Shown: one piece after another, positions 10,701-24,097 of the stretch
Layout: each line of letters starts with the position of its first letter
How positions within the stretch are numbered: position 1 is the first letter of the stretch
Assembly (NCBI RefSeq): GCF_006345805.1
Contig: NC_043000.1
Coordinates: 60,574,001-60,638,000, forward strand
From: Octopus sinensis
Lineage: Eukaryota
Direction of reading: 5' to 3'
DNA: 64,000 nucleotides
Notes under the pieces: model-generated
What the model was told of the DNA's origin: nothing
Seen by the model: the letters and a program-made list of their open reading frames with translations, nothing else
Database searches by the model: none
Made by a program: the position numbers and the translations under genes

Positions 10701-11456
10701 TGATTTTTATTTTGATGTTACTGTTGGCATACTTGACTCAATAGGTCTCCTCAAGAACAGTGGGTCACTCTACAATCCAAGGTTAGCACAGCAGGCCGTC
10801 CTGTGAGCCATGAACTCACTTCATGTATTTTCATATTCATTACAAACAGATCATTACTAGTTTCCTAGGATTTTTCTACTTCACTTGGATGGAATGCTAT
10901 ACATGGCTGTTATCTGGAATATTGATCACATAATCAGTGACTTACCTTTAAGTAAGATATGCCAGTTCGCTTGCCGCAGTTTTTTTGTTTTAATTATTTG
11001 GTCTGAAGGAGAGGAGCAGGAGCACCCATAAACTTTTAGACTTGGGTGTAGGGCTATAACTATTATACATACTCATGTAAAATGCCAAAACTTTGATACA
11101 AAACATTAGGGCCATCATTTGGGAATAGTGTTATGTGTGAGTGTAATAAATAAGAGGATAAAATATGTTATTGATTTTTAGGTACAAAACCTGTGAGTTG
11201 TATTATATTTGAGGTCATACCGTACTGAGATAACTACAGTAGGTGTGAACAATGTTCAGTTTCATTTTGTTAACGGTGGAAGATTATGGGAGGAAAGAGA
11301 GTTCCAGAATCTAACTATCTGTCACCAGTGGCTGTTTCTTTGGTTTGTAGTAAAGAAGATAAGTAGCTGTAAAACCACAAGCTCCATTAATATATGTACA
11401 TTTGAAGTTTGCTTCTAACGAAACAGATTTTTAGTAAATTTTATTGTCAACCACAG

Positions 11457-11547
11457 ATCTGCTCTTCTGAATGCTGGTTATGAAGTATCTATGTCACATT
11501 GTGTCAAAAACTCCCATAAAACAAATGCTCCTGCTGAATTCATTTGG
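11457..11547 (+). CDS. TRMT1: TRMT1 coding exon 2
   Basis: ccacag / A TCT GCT CTT CTG AAT GCT GGT TAT...TTC ATT TGG / gtaagt = (R)SALLNAGYEVSMSHCVKNSHKTNAPAEFIW, the conserved Trm1 SALLxAGY..KTxAP motif. Confidence 0.95.
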
Positions 11548-12319
11548 GTAAGTATTATATTTTATTACTTAGAAGATGCTTAGACTTGTGTCTAGTTCAA
11601 CCTGCTACTGGTATTACACAACCCTGTACTGTACATCATCATAGTAGAGATGGTTGGTGACTATTCCATCTTGCACTCCCAGTTTATTGGGAAAGGAGGT
11701 GTGTGTGGTACAGCACAATTAAAAATACAACCTGTCAAAGGGTGGAAATGTCTCTCTCCTAGAGAAGCCAACAGTCAAACATACTGGGAGAGAATAATGG
11801 GTGCCACTAAGTTATCTGCTCATGAAATGTGATGGCATAGCTAATCTCAAATACCAGGGTTCAGGTCAGCTGGGAAAGATGGAAAGCATAAGTTGCAGCT
11901 CTTGCTCTGTACATACAGCTTTCTTAGATTACAGGTTTTGTAAGGAGATAATCACAGCATATTTGTACATAAAGTGATAGATATGGAACAAGCTGTATGG
12001 TAGTAAATGCATTGACTATGAATACAGAAGTGTCTGCAGCAGTTGGAAAGGTACAAGCCGTATGTACAGTCTTTGCTTATAAGAAAGTATTGAGCACAAT
12101 TAAGTTAAGAAAATGTTGGCAACTACATACTAGAATGGTGACTACATTGGTATGAATATGTAATACAAATGAATGATGTGAAAAAATATTGTATATTTAA
12201 TTGTCATTTTTCTTAAATTTCTCTTTTGTTATTTGCTTACTTTGTAGTTTTAACTGTGAAATCTAAAACATGCCATTATAGACTTTTAGAAATGATTTTT
12301 GCTTTGTTTTCGTTAATAG

Positions 12320-12598
12320 GACTTAATGCGAGAATGGATAAAAGAACATCCTGTCAGTGAAAAAAGGTTACAGCCAGGTTCTGTTGTTAAAGCTATTCTT
12401 GATAAGAAACCAACTCATGATGTATCATTTGAAATCCATCCTGATGCCAATCCACCATCACGTAAACAAGGCCTCTTGCGCTGGCAAATAAACCCTGAAC
12501 CAAACTGGGGTCCAAAACCTAAAGCAAAAATATTTAATGAAAATAATTTGGAGAGTAAACCAAAGACAATCAAAGTGAATAAGCGTAAACATGAAAAG
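12320..12598 (+). CDS. TRMT1: TRMT1 coding exon 3
   Basis: ttaatag / DLMREWIKEHPV...HPDANPPSRKQGLLRWQINPEPNWGPKPKAK...NKRKHEK / gtaaat; ANPPSR and NPEPNWGP are TRMT1 hallmarks. Confidence 0.95.
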
Positions 12599-12956
12599 GT
12601 AAATACTTCTAATCTAACAACTATACAGATTGCTTTGTGTTGTTTGTCATTCAGTGTTGAAAAAATAGGGCCCTGAAAAGGACCTGCTCCATCAAGCAGT
12701 TTAGCACCATCACCTGGTCTCGGGCCCCTTTAGTAGAGTCCATTCTGCTATAAGCATTTTTACCAGTACTCCAGTCTGAGAATAGATATGCTTTTCCTAC
12801 TTCAGCAGCTCCTCTGCTGCTGCTGGTACCAGTGACATGCTTGACCTGTTTCAGAAGCTATACAAATATGATGGTCACTGAGTTAATGTGGGTGTCTCTA
12901 TGCAGAGATTTATGGAGTACTTTATTAGCTTCCAGTGATAAGTTCAGTCCTCCAAG

Positions 12957-13232
12957 GTAGGGATCCTTCAGCCACCGGGCTGCAGACCAGTACTGAGCTA
13001 TGGATCATTTCGTACTGGGCCACACAAAAAAGAATACATTTTAGAATTTTATTTATTTTTTATTAACTGTTGCAGTCTGGTGATTGTCTTTGCATTATAT
13101 ACTCATATTTATAATAATTAAATTATGCATTATACACTTCATTGTGTTTTGATATGTGCATGATACCCTGGTCTTTGGAAAAATTGTTTTGCATAAAACC
13201 AGTCTGTGATGCAAAAAATGGTTCAGACCCGC
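12957..13232. mobile_element. degenerate hAT-Charlie (MER1-like) MITE
   Basis: ..CCGGGCTGCAGACCAGTAC..ACTGGGCCACACA.. and ..GGTCtTTGGAAAAATTGT..AAACCAGTC..AAAAATGGTT..GACCCGCT resemble MER1-type termini. Confidence 0.55.
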
Positions 13233-14472
13233 TACTCCAAGCTACATGGAGATGACAAAATTGTCTCACATTTAATTTGTTTTGGCTTAGTACGTTTACA
13301 GATTTTTTTGGACATGCTGTTGGCTAATTCTGCTTGTCTCTGTTTAAGAAGAGTTGGTTAAGCATGAAGTTGGCTACTAGAATCCTCTGATTATGACTAA
13401 TAGACTAATCATCTTATTGTGAAAATGATGGTCTTCATTTTGACTTAATCATAACAGTTTATTATTCATTAGTTGTAATTTTATTAAGTTGAGAAGGATG
13501 TAGAATTTCATTTGTTTTTGTAGAGTTTGAACTCAGAACTGAGAGGCAACTGAAAAGCTTGTTTGACTATCCAGACCAGCCTTGTATTTTATTAATTTTT
13601 CAAGTAATTGATCTCTGCTTTGAAAGCTTACATAAGTTCTTGTATTATAGTTAACTTTCTGTTGTTGTTATTTAGTTGCTGGAGCAGACCTATGATCGTA
13701 GGTACTCCAGTTGTAACCTTTCTATTTTCCTGTATATCAGGGACTACATTGTTCAGTATATCATGGGAGTGATTCAAGACAAATTTGACTACTATTCTAG
13801 CAGATTGTGTCACTGTATAGAGGCTTCTTTGGTGGCTGTTTACTGTACTGATGTTATATAGATCCTGATCAGTCTTGAACTATGAACATTCCTTATTTTT
13901 ACCAATGTACAAAGAACTCAACCACATTATCCTATGTACTTCTTTTTAAGATGGTATGGCAGAATTGTTAGCAGGCCGGGCGATATGCTTTGCGGCATTT
14001 CGTCTGCCACTACGTTCTGAGTTCAAATTCCGCCAAGGTCGACTTTGCCTTTCATCCTTTCGGGGTTGATAAATTAAGTACCAGTTACGCACTGGGGTCA
14101 GTGTAACCGACTTAATACTTATGTCTGTCCTTGTTTGTCCCCTCTATGTTTAGCCCTTTGTGGGTAATAAAGAAATAGGTATGGTCTGATTGGAGGGTGT
14201 TTTCGCTATTATTTCCTGCTAGGTTTACCCCTGCATAGTTGTTGCCTTGTTAACATATTCTTAAATCATTTTCCTAGGTGTTGGTCAGTGATGAAAACTG
14301 ATTTTGAATAAAAGAGCAAATTACTCTAAATAGGTGTTTTCAGAATGTTATACAGTTAATCATTGTTAGCAACAACAACAATAACATTATTCAGTCCCAT
14401 TTGCTCTTTGTTTCATTAAACCTTATTTTGAATATTGATGTCGGCTTCATTTTTTTTTTTTTTTTTTCACAG

Positions 14473-14595
14473 CCAGAACGTGACCTGAAAGCTTATCCTT
14501 GCAAGAATCTTAAAATTGGAAAGTGCGAGCTTGGTGATTCCTGTCGATATAATCATGGCATTGTAGAGGCTGATAAAGTCAAAGAGACAGAGTAA
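14473..14595 (+). CDS. TRMT1: TRMT1 terminal exon with C3H1 zinc finger
   Basis: Poly-T tract plus cacag / PERDLKAYPCKNLKIGKCELGDSCRYNHGIVEADKVKETE*; C-x7-C-x5-C-x3-H as in metazoan TRMT1. Confidence 0.93.
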   Translation, partial: PERDLKAYPCKNLKIGKCELGDSCRYNHGIVEADKVKETE

Positions 14596-16127
14596 ATAGT
14601 TGGAAGATTTTAAAGTATTTTTACTGTTTTGAATTTCAGCTCTATTCTGAGTTATTTTTATCATTGAAAAATAAATCTTTTAATGACAGTGATTGAGCTA
14701 ACAATTGAATTTTTATTTATTTTCATAAAAAAATATATACCATATAAAGAATTAAAAAAAGCTATGCACTATGTAACATTATCATGATCATAACGATCAT
14801 CATTCGCTTTAAAAGTCTGTTTGCCATGCTGGCATGGGTTGGGCAGTTTGACAGGTTGGTAGACTGCATTATGCTTCAATGTCAGCTTTAGCATAATTTC
14901 TACAGCTTAATGCCCTTTCTGACACTAATCACTTTGCATAGTGTCCTGGGCCCTTTGAGGTTGCCATGTAGCTTGCAAGACTAAGATCCCTTTGATTGAA
15001 TGGGGATACAGTAGAGATGATTGTAGCGTTATGCTAGAAAATAAGAGGTTTGAGTATGAGAGAAGATGCCAGAACAAGTTTCTTACTGTAGAGAAGATAC
15101 ATGGCTGCTCACGTTATACAAAAGTGGGTAGAAGTAATCCAAGTGAGGCTGTGATGAGAGATAAAGATGGTGGTGAAGAGATGCTGGATTGGGCCCCAGT
15201 GACAGAAGAACAAGAAGGGTAGGTGGGTAAAAGCTTAAATGACTATATTCTTACTCTGAAAAATTCTCTATTCAAAAATTATTACGGCTCAAATTTATTT
15301 TCTGTTTAAGTTCCACATGCACTACCATGTAGCTGAATATAGTTCTTGCTTATGAAGAATTCTTTGACAATAAAGATAGCAAAAGCACTACCTATTTGCT
15401 GTATAATAATACTATGGATTAGAAGTTGTGCTAATAATGGTAATATGATTTCAGCTGTTGTTTAACCTCAGGTCATTCATTTCTACAGCAATCATATATT
15501 TTCGTATGTCATGGCTTGTATTGTCTGTTGTGTCTTTCATTAAGACAATTGGTAGTGGAATGACAAATTGTTAGAGCATCAGACAAAATGTCTTGCTGTA
15601 TTAGTCCAAGTTCTTTATAGTTTGATTTCAAATCTGGCCAATGCCAATTTTGTCTTTCATTCTTCTGGAATCAATGAAATAATGAACCAGTCAAGTAGGG
15701 CTTATGAGAGGCCAAGTTTTGTAGGCTGGAGAACTGGATGTGCATAAGTCACTTGTCACTTGGCACAATAATTGTCACTAATAATGAAATATTAAAAACA
15801 AGCCAAGATATCACAGATTGTTAGCACACATTTTACGAAAAATTGCTTTCAGTACTTTGGCAGTTACGTGGGGGAGTCACATCATCTCATTATATCTTCA
15901 ACTGGTGTTTATTTTATCAACGTTGCAAGGATGAAAGGTGAAGTCAACATTGGCAGAATTTGAACTCAGAATGTAAAGATGGAAGAAATGCCACTAGGTA
16001 TTTTGCCCAGCTTGCTAATGATTCTGTCTACTTACTGCCTTACAACAGCTTAATAGTAGCAGATGTTTTTCTAAGTTCTTCAGTAATTTCAAAGTTATTT
16101 GAAACGAAGGCAGTGTATTTCAACAGA

Positions 16128-16500
16128 AATCATCATCATCATCATCATCGTTTAACGTCCGTTCTCCATGCTAGCATGGGTTGGACGGTTCGACTGGGGA
16201 TCTGGGAAGCCAGAAGGCTGCACCAGGCCCAGTCTGATCTGGCAGTGTTTCTACAGCTGGATGCCCTTCCTAACGCCAACCACTCCGTGAGTGTAGTGGG
16301 TGCTTTTTACGTGCCAGGCGAGGCTGGCAATGGCCACGGTCAGATTGGTGTATTTTACGTGCCACCGGCACAGAAGCCAGTCGAGGCGGCGCTGGCATCG
16401 GCCACGAGTCGGATAGTGCTTTTTACGTATCACCAGACCAGGGGTCCTGGCTGGTTCAATTCGATTTCGATTTCGCTTGCCCCAACATGTCTTCGCAAGC
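16128..16500 (-). mobile_element. family C element
   Basis: (CAT)n tail at 16128 and module array; source of spurious ORFs 15960-16517 and 16251-16541. Confidence 0.85.
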
Positions 16501-16599
16501 AAAGGGGAATATCGTAATAAAAGGGTTAAAGTAATTTTCAAGCTGAATCAGTGTGACAAGACTGGACATTGAATTATTGGTCCAGTCTATTCGACAGAC

Positions 16600-17790
16600 T
16601 TACATTTTTTGTCTCCTCATAATCAAGTTACTCTAGAATGACATGAAAACTTAAGTAAATCTCTGATTTCAAGAGATTTTTATAGAACAGCTTCTGGTAG
16701 AAATATCAGCAACTGTGTTACCATTAGCATGTATGTGGATGTCATAGTTGTAGAGCAATAATTTTAAGCATCAATCTAAGGATTGATCATTTTTCTTATT
16801 CCCATGTAACTAAATATGAATGTGATTGCTAGTTAATCAGTACGTAATGTAAAAATCACCCCCAAAGAAGAAAACATTCATCTTTCTTAACACTTTCTAT
16901 AATAGCTATAGTCTACTTCTCAATTGATGAGATTTTGTTCAGGTTAATAAAGAATTCTGGAGAACAAAGCAATAGGTTTATTACACTGTGAAAAAAGATA
17001 TTTTAGTTTCAAAAGAAACAGGGTAATGGAATTTAAGATTAGGTAGTTGAGGGAGAGAGAGGCATTGACTATAGAAGTTTTAAGCAGAGGTACCTAGGTA
17101 TTTTTTTGTTATGGAAAAATAGAATTTAGAAGGGGTTGAATTAATTCTGAGAAAAGAGACATATTTATAGTCATGTCTAGACAAACTCAATAGTGGTAGT
17201 TGTTTAGCATTGTTAGACATTGATTAATTGATGGGAAGTTTCAATCTTTCCCATTCAGGCTGAATGTAATGTACTTAGGTAACAAATGAATGCTTGGCAA
17301 AGAAGATATTTGCCATTGTTCAATGCAATATTAAGTTTCTGAGTAACTGAAGTAAATCATTTGAAGTTCCCATCATTTTTATCAACAGTTTTATCAACAA
17401 CAATGACGTTATCAAGATAGGTGCAACTTAGTTACATATCACTGTTGGTAATTACTCTATCCATCACTCTGAAAAGTGCTTACAACCTTGGCCACATCAA
17501 AGACTTGTAAACTGGAATAAACACTCATCAGATTGAAATCGCTTATTATCATTGGTATGTTGCTTTGAGATCCAGTTCACTGTTGAAATTATTGTGGGAA
17601 ATAGAATGCATAAGATTTTAAATCTTAGGAAAAGGGCAGACAACTAGAAAGCTGTGTAATGATTTAGCATTTGTGAATAGTTGATAACCAGGCATTGTTT
17701 GTCGTCGTTTTCTGCTTTTATCACTTGTGCTTGCCAAAGAGAGACTGAAGGCTCAATAATATTATCATCAAAAAACTGTTTAGTCCCTTC
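16600..17790 (-). mobile_element. decayed Gypsy pol fragment (RT plus RNase H)
   Basis: Interrupted minus-strand translation gives SLWQAQV..K.CLVINYSQ, F(D)VAKVVSTFQ, CTYLDNVIV, KPIALFSRIL, SSIEK; many stops and frameshifts. Confidence 0.7.
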
Positions 17791-17984
17791 TTTAATAAAG
17801 TTTCACATGGTGCAGGTATGGGTGTGTGGTAAGAAGGTTGCTTTCCAGACATATGGCTTCAGTTTCAGTCCCACACAGCATGGCATCTTGGGCAGGTATC
17901 TTTGGCTGACTAAAGAACTGGTGAGTGGATTTGGTAGATGGAAACTGAAAGAAACCTATCATACACACACATACACACATCTTT

Positions 17985-18400
17985 ATCATCATCGATTAAT
18001 GCCCACTTTCCATGCTGGCATGAGTTGGACAGTTTGACTGAGGTCTGGAGAGCCAGTGGCTGCACCAGGCTCCAATCTGGTCTGGCAGAGTTTCTACAGT
18101 TGGATGCCCTTTCTAATGCCAACCACTCCAAGAGTGTAGTGGGAGTTTTTTATGTGCCACCGGCACAGAAGCCAGTAAGGTGGGCCTGGCAACGATCATG
18201 CTCAGATGGTGCTTTTTAAATGCCACCGGTACAGGAGCCAGACAGGGTATTGGCATCGGTCATGATCGGTTGGTGCTTTTTATGTGCCTCTGGCACAGGA
18301 GCCAATCAGGCAGATCTGGCATCAATCATGTTTGGATGGTGCTTTTTATGTGCCACCGGCACAGGAGCCAGTCTTGGGGTACTGGCATCGGCCTCATATA
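17985..18400 (-). mobile_element. family C element with about 5 modules
   Basis: Same tail and body as 10363-10700. Confidence 0.85.
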
Positions 18401-18458
18401 TATGATAAATAGAGAAATACAATTGACAATCTAACAGTTTATTTACATTATGATATAA

Positions 18459-18660
18459 TCTCTATATATATAAGCGGCAAAATGTCTGTGTGCGTGTTCT
18501 TTATACAAATTCACAATTTTACAGTTAGAGGGCTCGCACTTTCTATGGTCATTCAAAACCGTCCAAGAGTGGTCATGCACATCTTTACATTTTCCCAATC
18601 ACCCCGCCATGTCAGAATTATAGAGGAACAAATTAAAAAAATATTTATATACCCCATTTC
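18459..18660 (+). mobile_element. non-autonomous Helitron 5' part
   Basis: a|TCTCTATATATATAAGCGGCAAAATGTCTGTGTG is a typical Helitron 5' terminus; no 3' CTAG end seen. Confidence 0.5.
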
Positions 18661-19168
18661 ATGTAAAAAAAAAAAAAATACATGCATGCCTGCACATTGC
18701 ATACACAGATGTTTGAAATATAGAAAGATAAAGAAATGGTCATCAGACTGAGTTGCCAGGTCAGTTTGAAGGCATTGCCAAAAGATTCTTGCAAACCTCT
18801 AATGCAGCTGTGGCATGTTTCGTTCTTTTGTGAATAAATAAAGTGATTATGATGGGAGAAAGTACAAAAATAGCATCTTCATCTACAGATTGATCTGTTT
18901 ATGATAACAACACCAGCAGTATGATCATTGCTTAAGAAGATGGACAAATTTTGCTACAATTCCAGATAACGGTATGAGATGAAGGGAAGATCACTAATAA
19001 ACTCTTACATTTCCCGAGTAGCTTTCAGAAAACAAGTTTGTTCTACATTCAGTGATGGTTTCTTGAGAAGTCCTTCCTAAATATGATCGGATGAAGTCCT
19101 AAAAATAATGAATTTCTAATACCTCTCTTGGTATGCATCAAAAGTTACAGCCTGAAATGTACAGTATA

Positions 19169-19587
19169 GGCGTAGGAGTGGCTGTGTAGTAAGTGCCTTG
19201 CTTACGAACCACATGGTTCCGGGTTCGGTCCCACTGCATGGCACCTTGGGCAAGTGTCTTCTACTATAGCCTCGGGCTGGCCTAAAGCCTTGTGAGTGGA
19301 TTTGGTAGACGAAGGCTGAGAGGGGCCCATCATTTATATTTATATATATATATGTGTATATATGTATGTCTGTGTGTGTATTTGGGTGTCTATGTTTGTC
19401 CCACCAACATTGCTTGACAACCAATGCTGGTGTGTTTACATCCCCGTAACTTAGCGGTTCGGTAAAAGAGACTGATAGAATAAGTACTAGGCTTACAAAG
19501 AATAAATCCTGGGTTTGATTTGCTCGACTAAAGGCGGTGCTCTCGCATGGCCACAGTCAAATGACTGAAACAAGCAAAAGAGTAAAG
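19169..19587 (+). mobile_element. SINE family A, full-length
   Basis: Head GGCGTAGGAGTGGCTGTGTAGTAAG through tail GACTGAAACAAG. Confidence 0.9.
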
Positions 19588-20781
19588 TATCAGACATAAT
19601 TTCATAGTATAGTCATCATAAGAGTCATTGATTTCATATTGCTGTTGTTTTTTGAGACTGCAATCGGAATCTACAAAAAAATGTATTGGTTGTTTAATGA
19701 AGATACAGTTGACGGTAACTATTGTAGTATTGTAGTCAATGTAGTCTGCAATGTGGCTGAAGACTGAAGGTAAGGTGAAGCTGGTAGACAGAATGAGTAT
19801 ATGTTGTTGAGTGCTAAAATCTGGGAATCCAGCAAGAGAATTTAAGAATGTATTTCTCTGGTGTCTATTCTGTATTTCTATATGATGAAGTGCTGTCATT
19901 GATGTGGATAGCCAAGTTGAATCCCCTCGTAATACATGTAATAACGTTATAGTTTCATCAAGTATTACAAACCTCACTGAATGCAGAAGGGTGTTTTCAT
20001 TGATATGTGTATTTAACAACTGACTGTTGTACATAGAAACAACTATACCTATCTTTTATCATACACAATTATGTTTTCTGTAATTCAGTATCTTTTGATG
20101 GTGAAGGACATCTGAGTAAATACCAGGCTAGCATTTTCTCTAATTGGTGCTGAATGCTGATTAGACTGCTATTGTTGTATTTCACTGTGGAAGGATGTGT
20201 CCAGAAGTAGTTACTGATTGAACTTATTATGTAAACAACTGGTTCTGAGTTATAGCAGAACAAATTCTTGCAGTTATCATTTAATCTTTGACTTGTTTCA
20301 TTCATTCATTGGACTGTGGCCGTGCTGGAGCACTGCCTTGAAGAAGTTTTAGTCCAACAAATTGACCCCAGTACTTGTTTTTTTTTTTTTTTTTCAAATC
20401 CTGGTACTTACTCAATCAAACTGTTGAGGTACACACACATCTACCAAATCTACTTATAAGGTTTTAGTTGGTCCGAGGCTATAGTAGAAGATGCTTGTCT
20501 GAGATGCCATGCAGTGAAACTGAACCCAGAACCATGTGGTTGGAAAGCAAGTTTCTTACCACACAGCCATGCCTTGAAATTAAAATCATTTTTCAGCTAA
20601 ATTATTCAATGCACAAATGTAAATATGTCTCTCAATTGCAATAGCTGGCTGCCAGCTTTTAACTAAAGTATACCATAATGCACTTAGACTAGAAATAGCA
20701 ATAATGATTTTGTAGTAGCCCTATGAGGTGTGTATTTCTTTTTCTTGCTGCATCTACAATTATTTTATTCATTATTCATTA

Positions 20782-21165
20782 GGCGCAGAAGTGGCTGTGT
20801 GGTAAGTAGCTTGCTTACCAACCACATAGTTCCGGGTTCAGTCCCACTGCGTAGCACCTTGGGGAAGTGTCTTCAACTATAGCCTCAGGCCGACCAAAGC
20901 CTTGTGAGTGGATGTGGTAGACGGAAACTGAAAGAAGCCCGTCATATATATATGTGTGTGTGTGTGTCAGTATGTATGTATGTTTGTGTAACAACCGATG
21001 TTGGTGTGTTCACATCCCCGTAACTTAGTGGTTCGGCAAAAGAGACTGATAGAATAAGTACTAGGCTTACAAAGAATAAGTACTGGGATCGATTTGTTTG
21101 ACTAAAGGTGATGCTCCAGCATGGCCGCAGTCAAATGACTGAAACAAATAAAAGAAAGAAAGAAA
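20782..21165 (+). mobile_element. SINE family A, full-length
   Basis: Head GGCGCAGAAGTGGCTGTGTGG through (AAGA)n tail. Confidence 0.9.
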
Positions 21166-21714
21166 GTATCTATATTGATGATTGCAATTTTGTTGAATTT
21201 TGAAAATCTTGATTCTGATTGTAGATGGAAGTGATTTCACTTTTTTTTTTCTTTTGAAATCCATGAAAGTGATTTTGTTTTATTTTTAAGATGATGGATA
21301 AATGGTTAGGGGTGATTGAGGAGATTGTTTGCCATGTATGGAGCAGAGAGTGAAGTCTGATGATAATTTGTAGTAACCTGATGAAGTATGTGATTGCATT
21401 GTTGTGTGTTATTTCGGTTGTGAAGGGAGTACATTTGCAAAGCTAATGTGTCATGCTTTGTATTATTTGTATTGTTTTTGTACCAGAACGTTTTTATATG
21501 TGCTGAAATCTTCCTTAGTTATGGTGTTTGCAAGAGTGTTACTTTGTTGTTTGGACTCCAAAGCGATGACAGACAAAGTTGATTTGGGTAGGATTTGAAC
21601 TCAGAATGTAAAGAGCCGGAACCACCAAGAAATGTTTGCAATATTTTTAATGATTCTGTCAATTTATCACTTTTTTACTGTTAGTAATTAACATAACACT
21701 GTATGACAATTATA

Positions 21715-22982
21715 TTGGGTTGTCCGGAAAGTTCATGCTGATTTATAGTAGCTTACCTTTCGATTTATTTTAGAACATGATTGAGTCCATAAAATAGGAT
21801 TTTACTACACCTCCATTTAGAGCACAGTTTAAGCTACCTTTTAGTGGAAGAAGGTTTATGTTCCTATAACCTATGTTAATTCTGTAACCCTTTAAAATGG
21901 AAGATAAAAAAAGTTCATTTTCGGCACTTGATTCTTTTCTTTTTCTGTAAAGGGAAAAATGCCTCACATGCAACCAAAGAAATATGTGCAGTTTACGGTG
22001 ATGTTTCTTTATCCAAAAAAACTGTACGGAAGTGGTTCGCAAGGTTCCAAGCTGGAGATTGTAGCCTTATTGATACAGAGCGATCAGGCTGGCCATCCAC
22101 TACAGATGATGACCAAATCAAGTCATTAATTGAGAATAATTCACATTGCACAACCCGAGAATTGGCAGAAAGCCTCAACCTATCAAAATCTGTTGTTCAT
22201 GAGCACCTGGTAAAGCTTGGGTACACAAATCGCTACAATGTTTGGGTACCACATGAGTTGAGTGAGAAGAACCTTTTGGATCACATTTCCATCTGTGATT
22301 CGTTTTATAAACAGAATGAAAACACGCCTTTTTAAAGCAAATTGTGATGAAAAATGGATTATCTGCTGAAATGTTCAGAGAAAGCGATCCTGGAGAAAGT
22401 GACATGAGCCACCCCAAAAGTGGGTCTTCACTCTAAAAAAGTCTTGCTTTGTGTCTGGTGGGATTAGAAAGGAATTCTGTACTATGAGCTTCTCCCAAGT
22501 AACCAGACAATTAATTCTGAGAAATACTGCACACAACTGGGCGAGTTGAAAGCAGCAATTCAAGAGAAACATCCAGAATTGGCCAACAGGAAGGGTGTTG
22601 TTTTCCAACATGATAATGCAAGACCATATGTTTCCTTGGGAACTAGACAAAAATTGCTGCAGCTCAACTGGGATGTGTTACCCCACCCTCCATATTCACC
22701 AGTTATTACTCTTTCGGATTTCTACTTATTCAGGTCTCTGAAGAATTGTCTTAATGGTAAAAATTTCAATTCCTTGGATGACATAAAAAAGATACCTTGA
22801 TGAATTCTTTGCCATGAAACCACCTCAATTCTGGGAAGAGGGTATCTTCAAGTTAAAGGAAAGATGGAGACGCATTGTGCAACAAAATGGTTCATATTTT
22901 GTTGATTAAAAATGTAATGGCAAGTATTTATTGACCTTTTTCTTTCCTCTAAAAATCGGCACAAACTTTCCGGACAACCCAG
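21715..22982 (+). mobile_element. full-length defective mariner (DD34D, mellifera-like)
   Basis: TIRs TTGGGTTGTCCGGAAAGTT at both ends, TA TSD (21713-21714, 22983-22984). Transposase from ATG 21897 (MEDKK/VHFRHLILFFF-CKGKNAS, ERSGWP, WVPHEL, FQHDNARP, HPPYSP..SDFYLF) with frameshifts and stops. Confidence 0.93.
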
Positions 22983-23853
22983 TAGAATATTCAATACTAC
23001 ATTCACTGCACAGTAAAGAAAACATTTAGAAGAAATGTTAAAATGTTAGTAATCTGAGAGTGAAACAAAAACTAATAATTAACAACATAAAATATAACAG
23101 AAAGAAGCAGTCATTTTTGGGAGTATATTATGATTGAAAACATTGAACAAAACACACATAAAATATACTGTCTGGTGATATTGTTAGATATGTTAAGATG
23201 TTTCCCAATCACATGGTTTCAGTCTCACTGTGCGGCACCTCTGGCAAGTGTCTCCTACTATTATCTTGAGCCAACTAAAGCTTTGTGAGTGGATTAGGTA
23301 GGAAACTGAAAGAAGCTCATTTTGTGTGTATATAAACACACACACACACAATATGTTTCGCTTGGGCATTGCCTGACTAGTAACCTGTGTAGAACTCAAT
23401 ATATGTAAGTTTCAGAACAAAAAGTTAGATGAGTATAGAGCAGTAATTGTGAAAAGAGATGACACAGAGAAAACAATGGCTATGTTGTGGACTGTATTAG
23501 CTTACAGCTGTTTCTGCTATAAAATGCAGTGGACTTGTAGTTGAGTGCCTGAATAACATCCTATAGATGCATTGGTGCCTCAAATATGAAGTGCAATTTA
23601 TTTTGGAAAATAGAATTATATTTGTGCATTATACAGGGAAAGCATTACCAGTGTGAAGGTCATTACTGATGCCTGCGTGTGTATATTTTATTCTTTTACT
23701 TGTTTCAGTCATTTGACTGTGGCCATTCTGGAGCACTGCCTATACATACATACATACATACATACATACATAAGGATAAGATCGTTATTTAAATATTGAA
23801 CTTATCAAGTGGCCAGTATGGGAATAAAATCCTTCAAAGGTAATAATTATTAT

Positions 23854-24035
23854 TAAAATTATAATTTAGGGTATCTAAGCGATACCACCACACTTGAAAT
23901 AGCAGCCAAAACTTGACTCTAAAACCACATTAGAAGTTCATACATGTATGAACTTCTAATGAGGTTTTAGAGTCAAGTTTTGGTTGCTATTTCATGCATG
24001 GTGGTATCACTTAGATACACTAAATTATAATTTTA
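23854..24035. repeat. 182-bp spacerless palindrome
   Basis: Centre TACA|TGTA at 23944/23945; arms colinear with scattered mismatches and no indels. Confidence 0.92.
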
Positions 24036-24097
24036 TATATATATATATATATATAACAATAATAAATCTCTGAGCGAGATATAAACAGTAACTGCTC

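Larger units (their letters stand above)
7847..14595 (+). other. TRMT1: TRMT1 gene coding span, 4 coding exons, 645 aa
   Basis: join(7847-9291,11457-11547,12320-12598,14473-14595) = 1938 nt, open, all GT-AG, phases 2,0,0. AATAAA at 14670-14675. Confidence 0.96.

Noticed and set aside
18140-18390. CRISPR-like repeat/spacer array (also 10520-10680, 16280-16440, 32620-32860)
   Set aside because: Whole about 56-bp units are degenerate copies of each other, there are no unique spacers or cas genes, and they are internal to a dispersed eukaryotic repeat.
18770-20305. ORFs 19528-20034 and 20069-20305 as a host gene
   Set aside because: No diagnostic motif or convincing splice sites, and the ORF runs into a SINE tail; probably a decayed retroelement I cannot classify.
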